Part shown: positions 1-11,841 of the stretch, one piece after another | How positions within the stretch are numbered: position 1 is the stretch's first letter | Layout: each line of letters starts with the position of its first letter | NCBI GenBank assembly: GCA_010909165.1 | Contig: MU008174.1 | Span: 744,001-808,000 of the forward strand | DNA: 64,000 nt | Direction: 5' to 3' | Origin: Anthoceros angustus | Lineage: Eukaryota > Plantae > Anthocerotophyta | The notes under the pieces: generated by a model | Seen by the model: only the letters and a program-made list of their open reading frames with translations | Told to the model about the DNA's origin: nothing | Databases searched by the model: none | Translations under genes and position numbers: made by a program

Positions 1-846
1 GGATGCAAGCTTGGTGGCCAGCAAGCCAGGATGAATCAGTCTCTGCACGCTCTCCCACATGCTCACACCGGGTCCTCCAGAAGCAGACCTGTGGCTGGCT
101 GACATTGGTGCTCCATTTTGCATCCGGGACGACGGGTAGCGATCGATCCAGGGCATAGGATCTGGTGTCGACCCAATGGAGTCCGAGAAAGTGGGTTGAG
201 ACTAAAGCCCTGAAGTTTGCTTTCAAGATCTCGAATACACAACCACTGACGAGTCTGCCCTAGGGCAAGTAACGGTACTTCGGTGATCACAAACATGATG
301 TGCGAACCTCGGAGCATGTGACGGTAGCCGCTTGACGAGGGATCTCATCTTCCGAGCAGAAGGCCAGCGCTGTGTATCCCCACGTCTGCTTGGATTTTCG
401 AGCTTGTTCATCTCTGAGTGTTGAGGTCAGCTCTTGTCTCGAAATGAGAACAACCTTGAGATGCAGGAAAGGCTCTACGAAGACTTGAGCCAGGAAGTTG
501 GAACCTCGACCCTCCAGGTGTCTTCCTCTTCAGAAGATTTGGAGGAATTTGACGAAAGGTTGTGGCATTCCCCGAATCCGATGTATAAGGACCGGCCTGC
601 GGCCCGTTTTCTCTGTGGCAGAATGAATAAAGAACAGCTGAATAGAGCTCGGAGTGTTGCAACAAACAAAATTTATTTCTTAGGGAATTCGGAGAAAATT
701 CATTTGCACAAGGTCCGGTGGTGGCTGAATGGAGGGAAAGAAGATTTTATTATAAAAAAGAGATGGGAAAAATCCATCCACCCCAAAAACAAAAGGGAAA
801 AATCCCAACCAATGGCACCATGCTAGGGGACTAGCCCCACGATCAC

Positions 847-1140
847 GCATTTCAAAACCACCAACCGCCCGAAGAACTTTGTGGTCAGGCATGTGGCATT
901 TCAAAACCACCAACTGCCCGAAGAACTTTGTGGTCAGGCATGTGGCATTTCAAAACCACCAACCGCCCGAAGAACTTTGTGGTCAGGCATGTGGCATTTC
1001 AAAACCACCAACCGCCCGAAGAACTTTGTGGTCAGGCATGTGGCATTTCAAAACCACCAACCGCCCGAAGAACTTTGTGGTCAGGCATGTGGCATTTCAA
1101 AACCACCAACCGCCCGAAGAACTTTGTGGTCAGGCATGTG
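847..1140. repeat. Tandem array, 6 x 49 bp
   Basis: Unit GCATTTCAAAACCACCAACCGCCCGAAGAACTTTGTGGTCAGGCATGTG repeated head-to-tail six times with one substitution and no spacers. Confidence 0.95.
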
Positions 1141-2158
1141 AAAAAGCCTTCTTACCACCGGTGTCGAAGAAGCTGCTGAATAGAGTTCAGAGTATGGCAA
1201 CAAAAAAAAATGTGTGTGTCGGGTTCTGGGGTGGTTAAATAGAGTTTGGAGTATGGTAACCTAAAAAATATATTTGTATCATGGCTCGTGGTTGTTGAAT
1301 GGAGTTAGGAGTGTTGCAACAACTAAGTAGTCTTATAATAAAGATGTGTTCAAGTTGGTGATGTTAGAGATACAATGTGAAGCCTAAGGCAATGCATGGA
1401 ATTTGTGCACATACTAACTTAAGGCTATAATGTAGGATGTGCTATATATGTTAAGATGAGTTTAATAACTTTGGAGCTGCTGTCTAGTGTTTGTATTTTT
1501 TGCGTTTAGTAAGAAGGTCGATCCAATTCTTTGAGACAGCTTTCAGATTGATGATCAAAGAGTTTGACAGACCTTCTAGATTAATTGGTGTTCAAGCCTT
1601 GTTCCATAGTATTTGGTGTCGTAGCATACAGTGTGTTTACGATCATGTGGCCTTCGAGAAGTATAGTTGCAGCATGGAGCAGCAGCGCAATATTGGGGCT
1701 CTGGTTGTACAAGTTGCACAAATTTTCAGGTGAAATTCATGAATCGACTAAGGATTTTGTTGTCATCGAGGAACATACATGAGCTGTTACTAATCAAGCA
1801 GTTGCGGAATTTGATGTCCTTATAGACGGTGCCCAATTTACCATCCATGACACAAGGGCAAGCACACGGCAAATGTCAAAGAAAAAATCCGAGTTTCTTG
1901 GTAAAAAAGTGGACAAGAAGATAGCAGACACAACTATGTTGAAGATATTTTTACCTTTTCTACCAGTAGATATGTCCAAGCATCCCCCTGCGCTTCCCAA
2001 AGGTTTATTAGAATATGATTTCAACCATTTGAACAACGAGTCATGTGATTTGTACCTTTGTAATTTTGACCAATTTTAACTAACTTAGGCATGTACATTG
2101 ACAGGTGATCAAAGACAAAAGTAAAGCCTTTTACACAGCTTCCTGCTCCTCGACAAGG

Positions 2159-2252
2159 ATTTAGGGTGTTTGTCATGTGAGGATGAATTAATTAGGTTGT
2201 TTTCATGTGAGAATGAATTATTTAGGGTGTTTGTCGTGTGATAATGAATTAA
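2159..2252. repeat. Short degenerate tandem repeat (~30 bp x3)
   Basis: TTAGGGTGTTTGTCATGTGAGGATGAATTAA-like unit occurs three times. Confidence 0.75.
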
Positions 2253-2679
2253 CCCTAAAACCTCAAAAAACTTATGAGTTTTGGAAAGAAAATTATGATT
2301 TTCAAGGGAAGACTTTATGCATATGTTTAGTAGGCTTACTTTAGGCTCTCTTAGAAAAACTAGCCAAAAAATACTTGAAAAAGCTGATCAATTGTGGTTA
2401 AATACTCGAAGAGAAAGATATAGAATCGTATAAGTTTATATGGTTTAACTAGGTTTTGTTGATGTTTTTTAATTTATTTAATATCTCAAAAATCCTTAAA
2501 ATACAGAATTACCAGCGGAGAAAACTACTCTAAGATAGATTAGAAAGAGTTCTAAAACATATATATCCCTAAAAAAACTACCCTCAAAGCCTTAATTTGA
2601 ACTCCTTAACCATTCTACGATTAACATATGGAAAAGTAAAAAGAAAACTAATTACTAAAAGCTTATCCCTTTGCTCCAC

Positions 2680-3795
2680 ATGTTTTAAGCCAAATGGACA
2701 CACATTTATGAGAACATCGCTGTTAAACATCCTGCGCTTAGATGAGTACTTAGATGACGTGCTTAGAGGAGTGGATACCTTTGGTGCAAGTAGCTTAGGC
2801 ACATCATGGTACAAGTTGTTAAGTACCAAGTCTCATGATAGAAAATTTCGTCTAAGTGGACTATAGTAGACTTCGTCTTCTTCTTCCATCCTTACAGATG
2901 GATAGAGTGAGTAAAGGTAGAACATGTTATGTCTCAAGTTTCAACTTGGAACATAAACTCCTTCTTCGACTTCTTCTTCTATCCTTACGGATGGATAGAG
3001 TGCGTACAAGAAGTATATAAGTGGATGCATATCCACTTGTGCTACAACATTAAAGGGTCACACTTCTAAAGTGTGGAGGCTTTGTGCTGAGTATCTCATT
3101 GAATCCTTCTTGTCCGCATCATGTCTTGTAAAAGGGAAGAGTGCTGCTTCCTCTTGGATTCCATCCACACATGATAACCATGCTTTCAGCTATGTCCAAG
3201 CCCGCATTGTGTGTTCAATCTGCTTTCAGTGTCCTTGAAGCCCGCATTGTGCGTTCAATCTGCTTTCAGTGTCCTTGAAGCCCGCATTGTGTGTTCAATC
3301 TGCTTTCAGCTGTGTCCTTAAAGCCCGCATTGTGTGTTCAATCTGCTTTCAGCTGTGTCCTTGAAGCCCGCATTGTGTGTTCAATCTGCTTTTAGCTGTG
3401 TCCTTGAAGCCCGCATTGTGTGTTCAATCATCGCTGCATTGCTTGTGGAGATGGAGGAGGTCTTCTGGATTCTTTGACATCCAAACCTAATATTACACAC
3501 CAACCTTTTAAGAAACCCACGAAATATCTGAAACTTGACCCATACCCATAGCCAGACTTGCCAACCTTTCCCGGTCCTGGTCGATGCTTACAAGAAGAAG
3601 AAAAATATATGTTAGTCCACTTGGACGGAATTTTCCAGTCATACACTTGGTACTTAACAACTTGTACCATGGTGTGCCTAAACTACTTACACCAAGGACA
3701 TCCACTCCCTTTAGGCACCCCATCTAAATACCGATCTAAGCATAAGATGCTTAATAAGCTTTTCTTACAAATGTGTGTCCATTTGGGCTAAGCCT
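2680..3795. mobile_element. Non-autonomous DNA element with ~200-bp terminal inverted repeats (MULE/MITE-like)
   Basis: 2680-2885 (AAGCCAAATGGACACACATTT...GGTACAAGTTGTTAAGTACCAAG...AAGTGGACTA) is the degenerate reverse complement of ~3590-3795. No transposase ORF and no clear target-site duplication. Confidence 0.7.
3181..3429. repeat. Tandem array, ~6 x 40-43 bp, inside the TIR element
   Basis: Unit AAGCCCGCATTGTGTGTTCAATCTGCTTTCAG(CTG)TGTCCTTG. Confidence 0.92.
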
Positions 3796-3860
3796 GGACT
3801 GGGGCGTGATTACAGTGATTAAGTCTATATATAGAGTGTACGGTCCCCTTTGTACAACCT

Positions 3861-3933
3861 GGCCGCGTGGCCCAATGGATAAGGCGCTGGTCTACGAAAC
3901 CAGAGATTCTGGGTTCGATCCCCAGCGTGGTCG
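3861..3933 (+). tRNA. tRNA-Arg(ACG)
   Basis: Acceptor stem GGCCGCG/CGTGGTC, A box TGGCCCAATGG, anticodon loop CTACGAA, T loop GGTTCGATCC. Upstream TATA-like and CAA motifs, and a T4 run ~17 nt downstream. The body matches the plant nuclear tRNA-Arg(ACG) sequence. Confidence 0.96.
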
Positions 3934-4154
3934 TATTATATATCTAATCTTTTCCTCGCCATTGTGTGTTCGGTATCAAAGTGGCTGGTCAGGGGCTCGT
4001 CACGTGTGCGGTTCTCCCTGCTTTGCCTCCCTGGACCTCAGATTTCATGACAAGCGAGCACTACAGCCTGCGCAAGGCTCCCAGCTCGCGTCCGATGTTC
4101 ATCACAGTCGCACAAGCAAGTCCGTGAGGCTTGCCATCCGAGATTGCAATTTTG

Positions 4155-7100
4155 ATGACGACGAGCTCCATCCTTTCGCCTTCGTTGCTGGGAGGAGCCA
4201 AGTGCCTGGTGCCCACATCTCCCGAATTCCGTCGCCATGCACACACAGGCAACCTGCTTCTTCTTCCCCATCCCCGTCCCCTGCTCCGCTTCAGGAACGC
4301 CCGCCCCCGCACCTGCCGTCTGATGCCGGCCGCCCCGATTGCCAGCATCGAGCCTTTCCTGCTCACCAATTTCGACTTCGCCACTCCCTCGTTGTACCTG
4401 TTCACGTCCCTGCTCTCCGTCGCCGTGGGCTCGGCCACATACGGCCTGCTGCAGGCGATCCCGTGGGGTTCCGAGTCCGAGTCCGCCGCCGCAGAAGCTG
4501 CGGGGAAGGAGGAGGGGTCGGAATCGAGCCAAGGCCGGAGCTGGGTTGTGCGATGGAGCGAGAGCAAGTTCTACGACTTCGTGTACAGCCGGTGCCCGGC
4601 AGTTTCCGGGAAGCTGGTGCAGGTGGAGCAGGAGGGGCAGGAGGGGCGGGAGGGACGGGATGTTGGGTTCCGGAGATTGTGTTTGCACGCGGGGGACGGG
4701 GGCACGGTGTCGCTGGACTGGCCCGCGCACCTGGTTCTGGAGAAGGCGGACGAGCTGGACTCCGTGCTGCTGGTGGTGGCCGGGGGTGTTGAGGGCAGCG
4801 GCGAGTTTGGGGTAAGGAGCCTGGTGGGCAGGGCGCTGCAATGCGGCTTCTTCCCGGCCGTGCTGAATCTCCGAGGCTGCGGAGGCTCGCCGGTCACGTC
4901 TCCGAGGCAAGCCGATTTCTGGGATGGGGACATGGATGGATGTGGGTTTGGGCGCACGGCAGAGCACGGATTGCGGGACTGATGATATATCTTGGGTTCT
5001 TGCTGGTTAGGCTCTTCTCAGCTGCAGACAGTGATGACGTGCAGCTTGCTGCGAGGTTTCTGCAGCGGGCCAGGCCTGATGCCACCATTCTCGGCGTCGG
5101 GGTGGGGCTGGGCGGGAACGTGTTGGCCAGGTTTCTCGGGGAGTGTGCCGACCAGGGGTTGGTTAAGGCCGGGGTTTGTGTGGGGAACCCGTTCGAGGTT
5201 GGTCAGGTGGAGGAGGAGGATGATGGGTTCAGGAAGGGGATTGTTGCGGTTCTGGAGGCCAATCAGGTGTGTTGGCTGGTTGCATGGAGGGAGAGGCTTG
5301 TTGCATTGTTGCATTTTTTTGGGTTTCTGTGACTTGGGCTTTAGGGCTCGGGGTCATGAAGGTCTGGACACCTGGTGTGGTGTGCAGATGCTGTTTGCAG
5401 GCAGGCAGGATGGGTTTGACTTGGCTGGAGGGCTTGCAGCCACATCCATGCGGGAATTCGATGCCGCAATATCGAGGGTTTCGCATGGGTTTGAGTCTGT
5501 GGAGGATTTTTATGGGCATGCTAGTAGTGGGCGGAGTTTGTGGAAAGTGCAGACTCCACTGCTGTGCATTCAGGTAGGGATGTGTCGGCACTCTGTGTTT
5601 GTGTTGAATTTGGAAGCAGTTGTGTGGAAGGGGCTGGCAGAGTTGATTGCTTCTTCGATTGAGATAGCATGTGTGCATGCAGGCAGACTATCCATCCGCT
5701 CCTTTGTTCGCTGTTCCAGGACAAGCATTTGAGGAAAATCCGTGCCTGAGCCTGGTGATGTCGTCGGCAAGTGGTCAAGTTTGCGACGACTTTTTGAGCT
5801 TGCAGGACTTTGTGTTACAGGTACGGTTGGAGGTTGGAAGCACAGCTAGTTCTGGGGCCTGCTGGCTGGTTGTTTGTGATCGCTGCTGATGAAATGGTGG
5901 GGGTTGTGTGGCAGTGGCTGGCAGCAGTCGAATTAGCTCTATTGAAGGGACGTCATCCTTTGGGTGATGCTGCAAACGGTGCTGTTAGTGGTGGAGCTCA
6001 AGGGAGTGGGAATGGAAAGCCGCTGCAAGTTGCAGCGGCACAGGAAGGTGGTGCCAATATTCGCAGGGACGAGGAACTTGCAGAGCAGCCAAGAATAGCA
6101 GGAGATGCTGAGGATAGAGGTGGATGGAGTATGGTAGTGGCTGAAGATGAGGGTCAGCAAGTGTCTTCTTTAGGGACAGAGTTGGATGTTGATGACAAAC
6201 TAATAGACATGCCACACACGAGTTACAAAGTCCACAGATTGGATGATGATGATGATGAAGCACCTGAAGTTGCAGGGAGTGTATATGCTCCGAGCCCTGT
6301 GGCTAATGGTACATTGCCAGTAGCAGCTCAGCCTGACACGGGGCACGCCCGTGTCGCTCTTATTGATGGTGGGCAAAATGACGCAAGGACAGGGGGATCA
6401 CAAGTGGAAGAGAAAGCTGAAGGGGAGGGTGAAGCAGATGGTGAACGGGGTCAAGTAGAACAAGCAGCAGAGAGTATTATGAAGGTGCTAGATGTCACCA
6501 TGCCAGGAACTCTTTCTGAAGAGAAGAAAAAGAAGGTTTGGGTCCTTTCCTGTGGTCATGCTACCGTACGATTTGATTGCCGTGATGCATGTAACAAACC
6601 TAGGGCAGGCACAGATCGAAGAACAGAGATTTGTAAGTGTCGCCTGACAATGTGGGACTGTTGCACGTGCAGGTTATAGCTGCTGTGGGGAGGGGTGAAA
6701 CAGTAGTGACCGCCTTGCAAGAAGCGGTACCAGAGAATGTTAGGGAGAAAATGTTCAAGGCAGTTTCTGGAGCTGTTCAAGCTAGGGGTATCAGCTCTCA
6801 GCTGGTAGGGTTTGGGAAGAACTTTCCTCCCCCTACTATCCCTGATGATGTGCTGAAGAGGATCAAGGAGAAGCTATCTGCTTATTCCCCGCGACCCGAG
6901 ACTTCTAGCTCAGCTCAATCAGAGAATGCAGGTAGTTCTGCTCTTCCGCAGCCGTCTGAGAGCTCTAATGATAATCCTAGTCCAGATGGATTCTTTAATA
7001 AGCGCGGAGACATCAGTGGGAAGGGGGAGGGCAATGTCGCTGGCATAGGAGAGGGACATTCCGACGCAGCGAGTGAAACTAATGTGTCAGCACAACAGGG

Positions 7101-10100
7101 CATGCAGATGAAGGAGAATGTTGGTGTAGGAGATAAACAGGAAGGTACTGCAGAAACAATCGATGCTCACAGGGAAGGTCGAGTGGATGAACTGGTGAGA
7201 GACATTAAAAGTGACACACATGATGGAGCACCACAGACTGATGGTCAGGCAGATGGAAGTTTACAGCAGAACAAGACACCAGATCTAGACTCCGGTACGC
7301 AAGATACCCGTCCACAAGGGGCTACTCAGAATAATCAGGGGGATGCCAGTGCTCCAGTCCAAGCAGATAAACAGGACAGGAGCACTGACAGGGCAAAAGA
7401 TGTTGGTGGTGATTCATCTCTGGACAAGGGTCGGGGGAATGCTGGGCTGAACCAGGAAGGGGCTCATTATGATTCAGCAGACAACAATGGTCAGAATGGA
7501 GAGGCTCTAAAGCTGGGCAGGAAGGTCGGCTCTGATGTGGGTACGAAAGATGCAGCTGGGCAAGGGGCTATTCAAGACGCTCAGGCAGACTCCAGTGGTC
7601 AGAAAGGGTATGCAGCAGATGATGGGTCGAGGGAGGCCATGAGCAATTCAGGAGATAGTCAATCGGGGCCTACTCTTCAAGATGTTGTAAAACAGGAAAA
7701 GAAGGTTGACACTGATCCAGCCTCACGCGACATGGCAGACCACGTGGACCAAGTGGTTGCAAATGCCAGTGAGGGAAGGACGGGAGCAACAGATGTGCCA
7801 GATTCAGCAGGGCAGCCTACTGATAGTTCACAGAGCAATGATCAAAGTCAGGGCTCTGCACCACCTGTTGCAAAGACGTTCACACCATCCCCAGCTCAAG
7901 TACCTCCTTCTGTCGACTTTAACAGTGTTCTGCAGATGTTTACAGGCTTTGATGACTCTACGCAAATGGCTGTAACAAATGTGTTTGGAGTTGTCGAAAG
8001 CATGCTTGATAAATTGGAAGCAGAAGGCAATGTAGACCAGAAGCAGCAGCCAGAGGTGCCAGGGACACCAGACTTACATGAAGGCAGAGGATTGGGCATA
8101 AAGTCTGCAGATGAGGGCAGTACTGGTGGTGGTCAAGGTCGCACTGAAAATGGGCCTCTCAAGAGTTTGGACATAAATGTGAGAGATGACTTGCAGAGTA
8201 GTGAAAGAAAGGATCGGAGCAGCATGCTGCAAGCATATGAGAAGGTCGGGCACCATCACACAGCAGAAGGGAATGGAGCAGCTGTTTTGTTGGAGGTAAG
8301 ACCTGGTGAGGTGGAAAAGGGATATGTTGATGTCGCGAGGCAGATTGTCATTGAGTCACTGATGTCAGAGCTGCTGAGAAGAATAGGACATGCTGGGGTT
8401 GAAGCATCTGGAGCTGACCTTCAAGCAGAAATTCGAGCAGCTGCAAATGCTGTTGCTTTTGCCGTCCAATCAGCAGGAAGAACTTTATCTCATGCGGATA
8501 GCAGCCGTGTGTCTCAGATCATGGGCACAGTACCTGGGCAGGCTGTAGTCACTGCTCTCTGCTCTGCGCTAGCCAGTACTAAAATTCTAAGCAAGCTGGT
8601 CCCTGGTGGAGTTCTTGTGGAGGTGGTCTTGTCAGCATTAAGAACCCGTTTCCTTGTAGAGACCGAACGTGGAGTGCAGACATTACCAATGGGTGCTGTG
8701 GGTAGTAATGAATCCTTGGCTTCAGAACGAGCCAGGGATATCCAAAATGTGGATGGTCATGCTACTGGAGGCACTGAGCAGAGCAGTGAATCACATGATG
8801 GACTGGCCAACATGAAGACGAGTAGTATGGTGGGTGCTTTGGCAGCTGCTATGGGAGCAATAGGTCAGGATATGGGGACTTCTCTGGATGAGTTGGCATC
8901 TTCCCCTGTAGTGGAGTCTGTTGAGGAGGAAGTAGAGAGTTCGACACAAACACAAAACATTGTTAGCTCAGTTGCAGAAAAGGCTCTCTCTGTTGCAGCA
9001 CCCGTTGTTCCCAAGACAGAGGATGGTGACGTGGATCAAGACAGGTTGGTATTCATTTCCTCATGTTTCTTCCACTTCGAGTTCTTGATACCTTGGATTG
9101 CATCACCTCACAAGATGTCTCTGTTCTGTCGATAGGATAGTTGCAATGCTGGCAGACCTGGGTCAAAGAGGCGGAGTACTACGCCTTCTTGGAAAGGCTG
9201 CCCTTCTCTGGGGAGGATTGAGGGGTGCCATGAGTCTTACTGACAGAATGCTGGCATTCTTACGGATGTGGGAGCGACCTTTGCATCAGAGGTATGTGTG
9301 AACACATAGAACTCTACTTGTGAACATCAGTCATTGCATTTCTTTATGTGTATGTGTGGAATTGTAGATTGGCAGGATTTGTCGGCATGGCTCTCCTTTT
9401 GTGGGCTCCGGTTCTGGTTCCACTTTTACCTTCTCTGTTGGAGCAATGGTCGTCCCAATCTTCAGGTGGGGTTGCAAGCTTTGCGTCTGTGGTTGGCCTT
9501 TACGGAGCCATTATCATCCTTCTTACAATCTGGGGAAGGAGGATACGTGGCTATGATGAGCCGCTCGCTCACTACGGATTGAGAATCACGTCACCTTCTA
9601 AGGTGTGTTGGGAATAACGTACTTTATGTTTTTCAGCCTGACTAGTTTCTTCATCGGTGGGGTTGCATGTAACAAAACAAAATGTACTGAGTAGATGCTC
9701 GCTCGTGTGCTTGGAACAGCTTGCTACTGTTGCACAAGGACTTGGCCTGGGAGTGCTACTGGTAGCGTCTGTCTACAGTCTTGAATCATATCTGGGCTAC
9801 GTGCAATTCTCGTGGTCAGCTTTTGCAGTCACGGCACCGACCATCACAAACATAGGCCTCATCACCGCCAGCCTGCCACCGGCTCTGCTAACATACTGGA
9901 AACTAGCTATGCTGGTTGCACAGGCCTTGGGTGTGGGATTTGCGATAGCTCTTGTGGAGGAGCTGCTGTTCCGTGGATGGCTGCAAGAGGAGATTGCTGT
10001 GGATCTTGGGTACATCAATGCAGTGCTTCTCTGTGCGGCAGCCTTTGCTGTCGTTCACTGGTATGTCATGTTACAGAGCATCCCTAGTGACATTGTGCGA

Positions 10101-10424
10101 CCTACCAACCTGTTTGCCTGATCCTGTGAGTTGTTGTGCTGCAGGTCCTTGCCGGCAGTGCCAGGGCTGTTCTTCCTCTCCATAGCTTTAGCCGGGGTTA
10201 GAGCTCGGGGTAAGGGAGATCTGTCAGTTGCTATCGGATTACACTCTGGACTGGTGTCCGCGAACTACGTGCTCTCTGTTGGAGGATTCATCCAGTATAT
10301 TGTTGGGGCTCCAGAATGGCTCACAGGTGCTCATGTGGCCAATCCTTTGGCAGGGGCCTTAGGTGTGGGAGTGGTAGCAGTTCTGGCACTCTTTCTGTAC
10401 CCAAGGAATGGTCCCAAGTCTTGA
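4155..10424 (+). CDS. Multi-exon alpha/beta-hydrolase (ABHD/YheT-like N-terminus) + CAAX amino-terminal protease (CPBP/Abi) family protein, probably plastid-targeted
   Basis: N-terminal motifs DGGTVSLDWP, LNLRGCGGSPVTSPRLFSAADSDD, GVGLGGNVL. A long low-complexity middle, then the C-terminal membrane CPBP motifs LVEELLFRGWLQEEI, FAVVH and IGLHSG. Approximate exons: 4155-4906, 5011-5266, 5388-5572, ~5683-5820, ~5915-6535, 6674-9043, 9136-9290, 9369-9602, 9720-10061, 10145-10424. Confidence 0.88.
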
Positions 10425-10742
10425 CCTCTGTCAGCTTCTTGTAGGAAAACGGAGTAGCAGGGCATTCCCTGGTGTTGTAAAATATGGAGGAGAGGCCGAG
10501 GCTACACTAAATTTGCAAATATTTGTTGTGACTACTGGGAATTCTCATTGATTTCAAATGGGCCTGTGTGTCATCATACTCAAATTGTGCATGCAAGCAA
10601 ACCAAAACCAAGCTCGTCATCCCAGCTAATACAAAACAAACCACATTGTCGCAAATCTTGGTGGAGTTAGTTGTGGATGAATGCTGGAGTTCAAGTATAC
10701 TGTTCTGAGAGAATTCCTGGCGCACCTGCAAGAAGCTTCCAC

Positions 10743-11246
10743 TCAGTTGAGGATGGTAAGCGCACCTTCTTTGGAGACTGAGTAGCTGGGCTTTTTTTCG
10801 GGCCTCATCATCAAGCAGTTGATGGCTTTCCAAATCTCCAGATTGTCCCTGTTGAACGCCTTGACCTTGGGGAAGAACTTGGGCTGCAGCATGCGCTGGT
10901 ACTTGTTGGCCGTCACCTCGCTGAGAAACCTCAGAAACTTCTTGCCCACCGGCACAACCACCACTGTGACCCGCTTCACCCTGGGAGCTATCCGAAACAC
11001 CCACAAACGTCGATTGTCCAGGCACCACAGCTTCTCGTCGTACTCCACCACCCGCATCTTGGGGAACTGGCGGGGATGCAGCGCCTCCTTCTCCACCAGC
11101 CGCACCGCCTCGTCGATCAGTAGCTTCTGGTGCGGCGGCCTGAACCGAATGTTGATCATGGGCTTAGTGAAGAGCAGGTCGTCCGGGTTGCACGTCAGAT
11201 CCTGGTACGGCTTGTACATGCTCCGCAGCGCGCACACCATCGTCAT
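10743..11246 (-). CDS. Small intronless protein with a ParB/Sulfiredoxin-like domain (WCLDNRRLWVF motif)
   Basis: GC-rich ORF from ATG 11246 (167 aa). The pattern NPDDLLFTKPMINIRF...FPKMRVV...LWCLDNRRLWVF fits the ParB/Srx core as I remember it. An upstream exon cannot be excluded. Confidence 0.65.
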   Translation of the reverse strand: MTMVCALRSMYKPYQDLTCNPDDLLFTKPMINIRFRPPHQKLLIDEAVRLVEKEALHPRQFPKMRVVEYDEKLWCLDNRRLWVFRIAPRVKRVTVVVVPVGKKFLRFLSEVTANKYQRMLQPKFFPKVKAFNRDNLEIWKAINCLMMRPEKKPSYSVSKEGALTILN

Positions 11247-11841
11247 TGGCTCAGGAAGGCAGATCACCAATTCCCCCACCAACGCCACAGCCAACAACGC
11301 CACACAAGCCAAGAATCAACAACTCCTTAAGCCCCTGCTCTTGCTCACGCCGCCCGCCCCCTCAACTCCCCATCACCACCCCATCTGCCGCTCCTCTACA
11401 TCGCCACGCCCGTGCTGCAGCCATGACCATATACATCGAGCCCTTGCGCTCCCTCATTCCAGCAAGTTCTGCCCCCTGCTCGATCCAGACGTGCCCAAGA
11501 GAAGAGAAGGAGACAGTGGTGTGACGCAGTCAAGCAGTCAACTGCCCAGCTTCATGAGGTGATGAAGAGGCGCCGCTTCCAACCCACAGGGTTTACGGTA
11601 ACCATGTGGTGTAGTCCAATGTCCGGTTACCTCCACCCCTTTCTTCTGCCGGAATCAATGCCTGCCAATCATGCCAAACCATCGCATATGCAGGAGCAGA
11701 TCAAGCCCCAAGCCCCTGCGATGCAAGCATGGGCACGGCATGATGCACTGCATCGGTGACCCAATATCGATCTCCAACCCACCCATCCCTTCTTGATGTC
11801 AGATTGCTGCAGAAGTAGAAGGAGAAGAGCAGGATCTGGCC

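Noticed and set aside
1-830. Short ORFs at the window start
   Set aside because: No recognisable domain or splice structure. Probably repeat-derived.
847-1140. CRISPR-like array, and ORFs in all three frames
   Set aside because: The units abut with no unique spacers, there are no cas genes and the context is eukaryotic. The ORFs are artefacts of a stop-free 49-bp unit.
3773-4967. Long overlapping ORFs (339 aa +, 309 aa -)
   Set aside because: GC-rich shadow frames of hydrolase exon 1. One runs through the tRNA gene.
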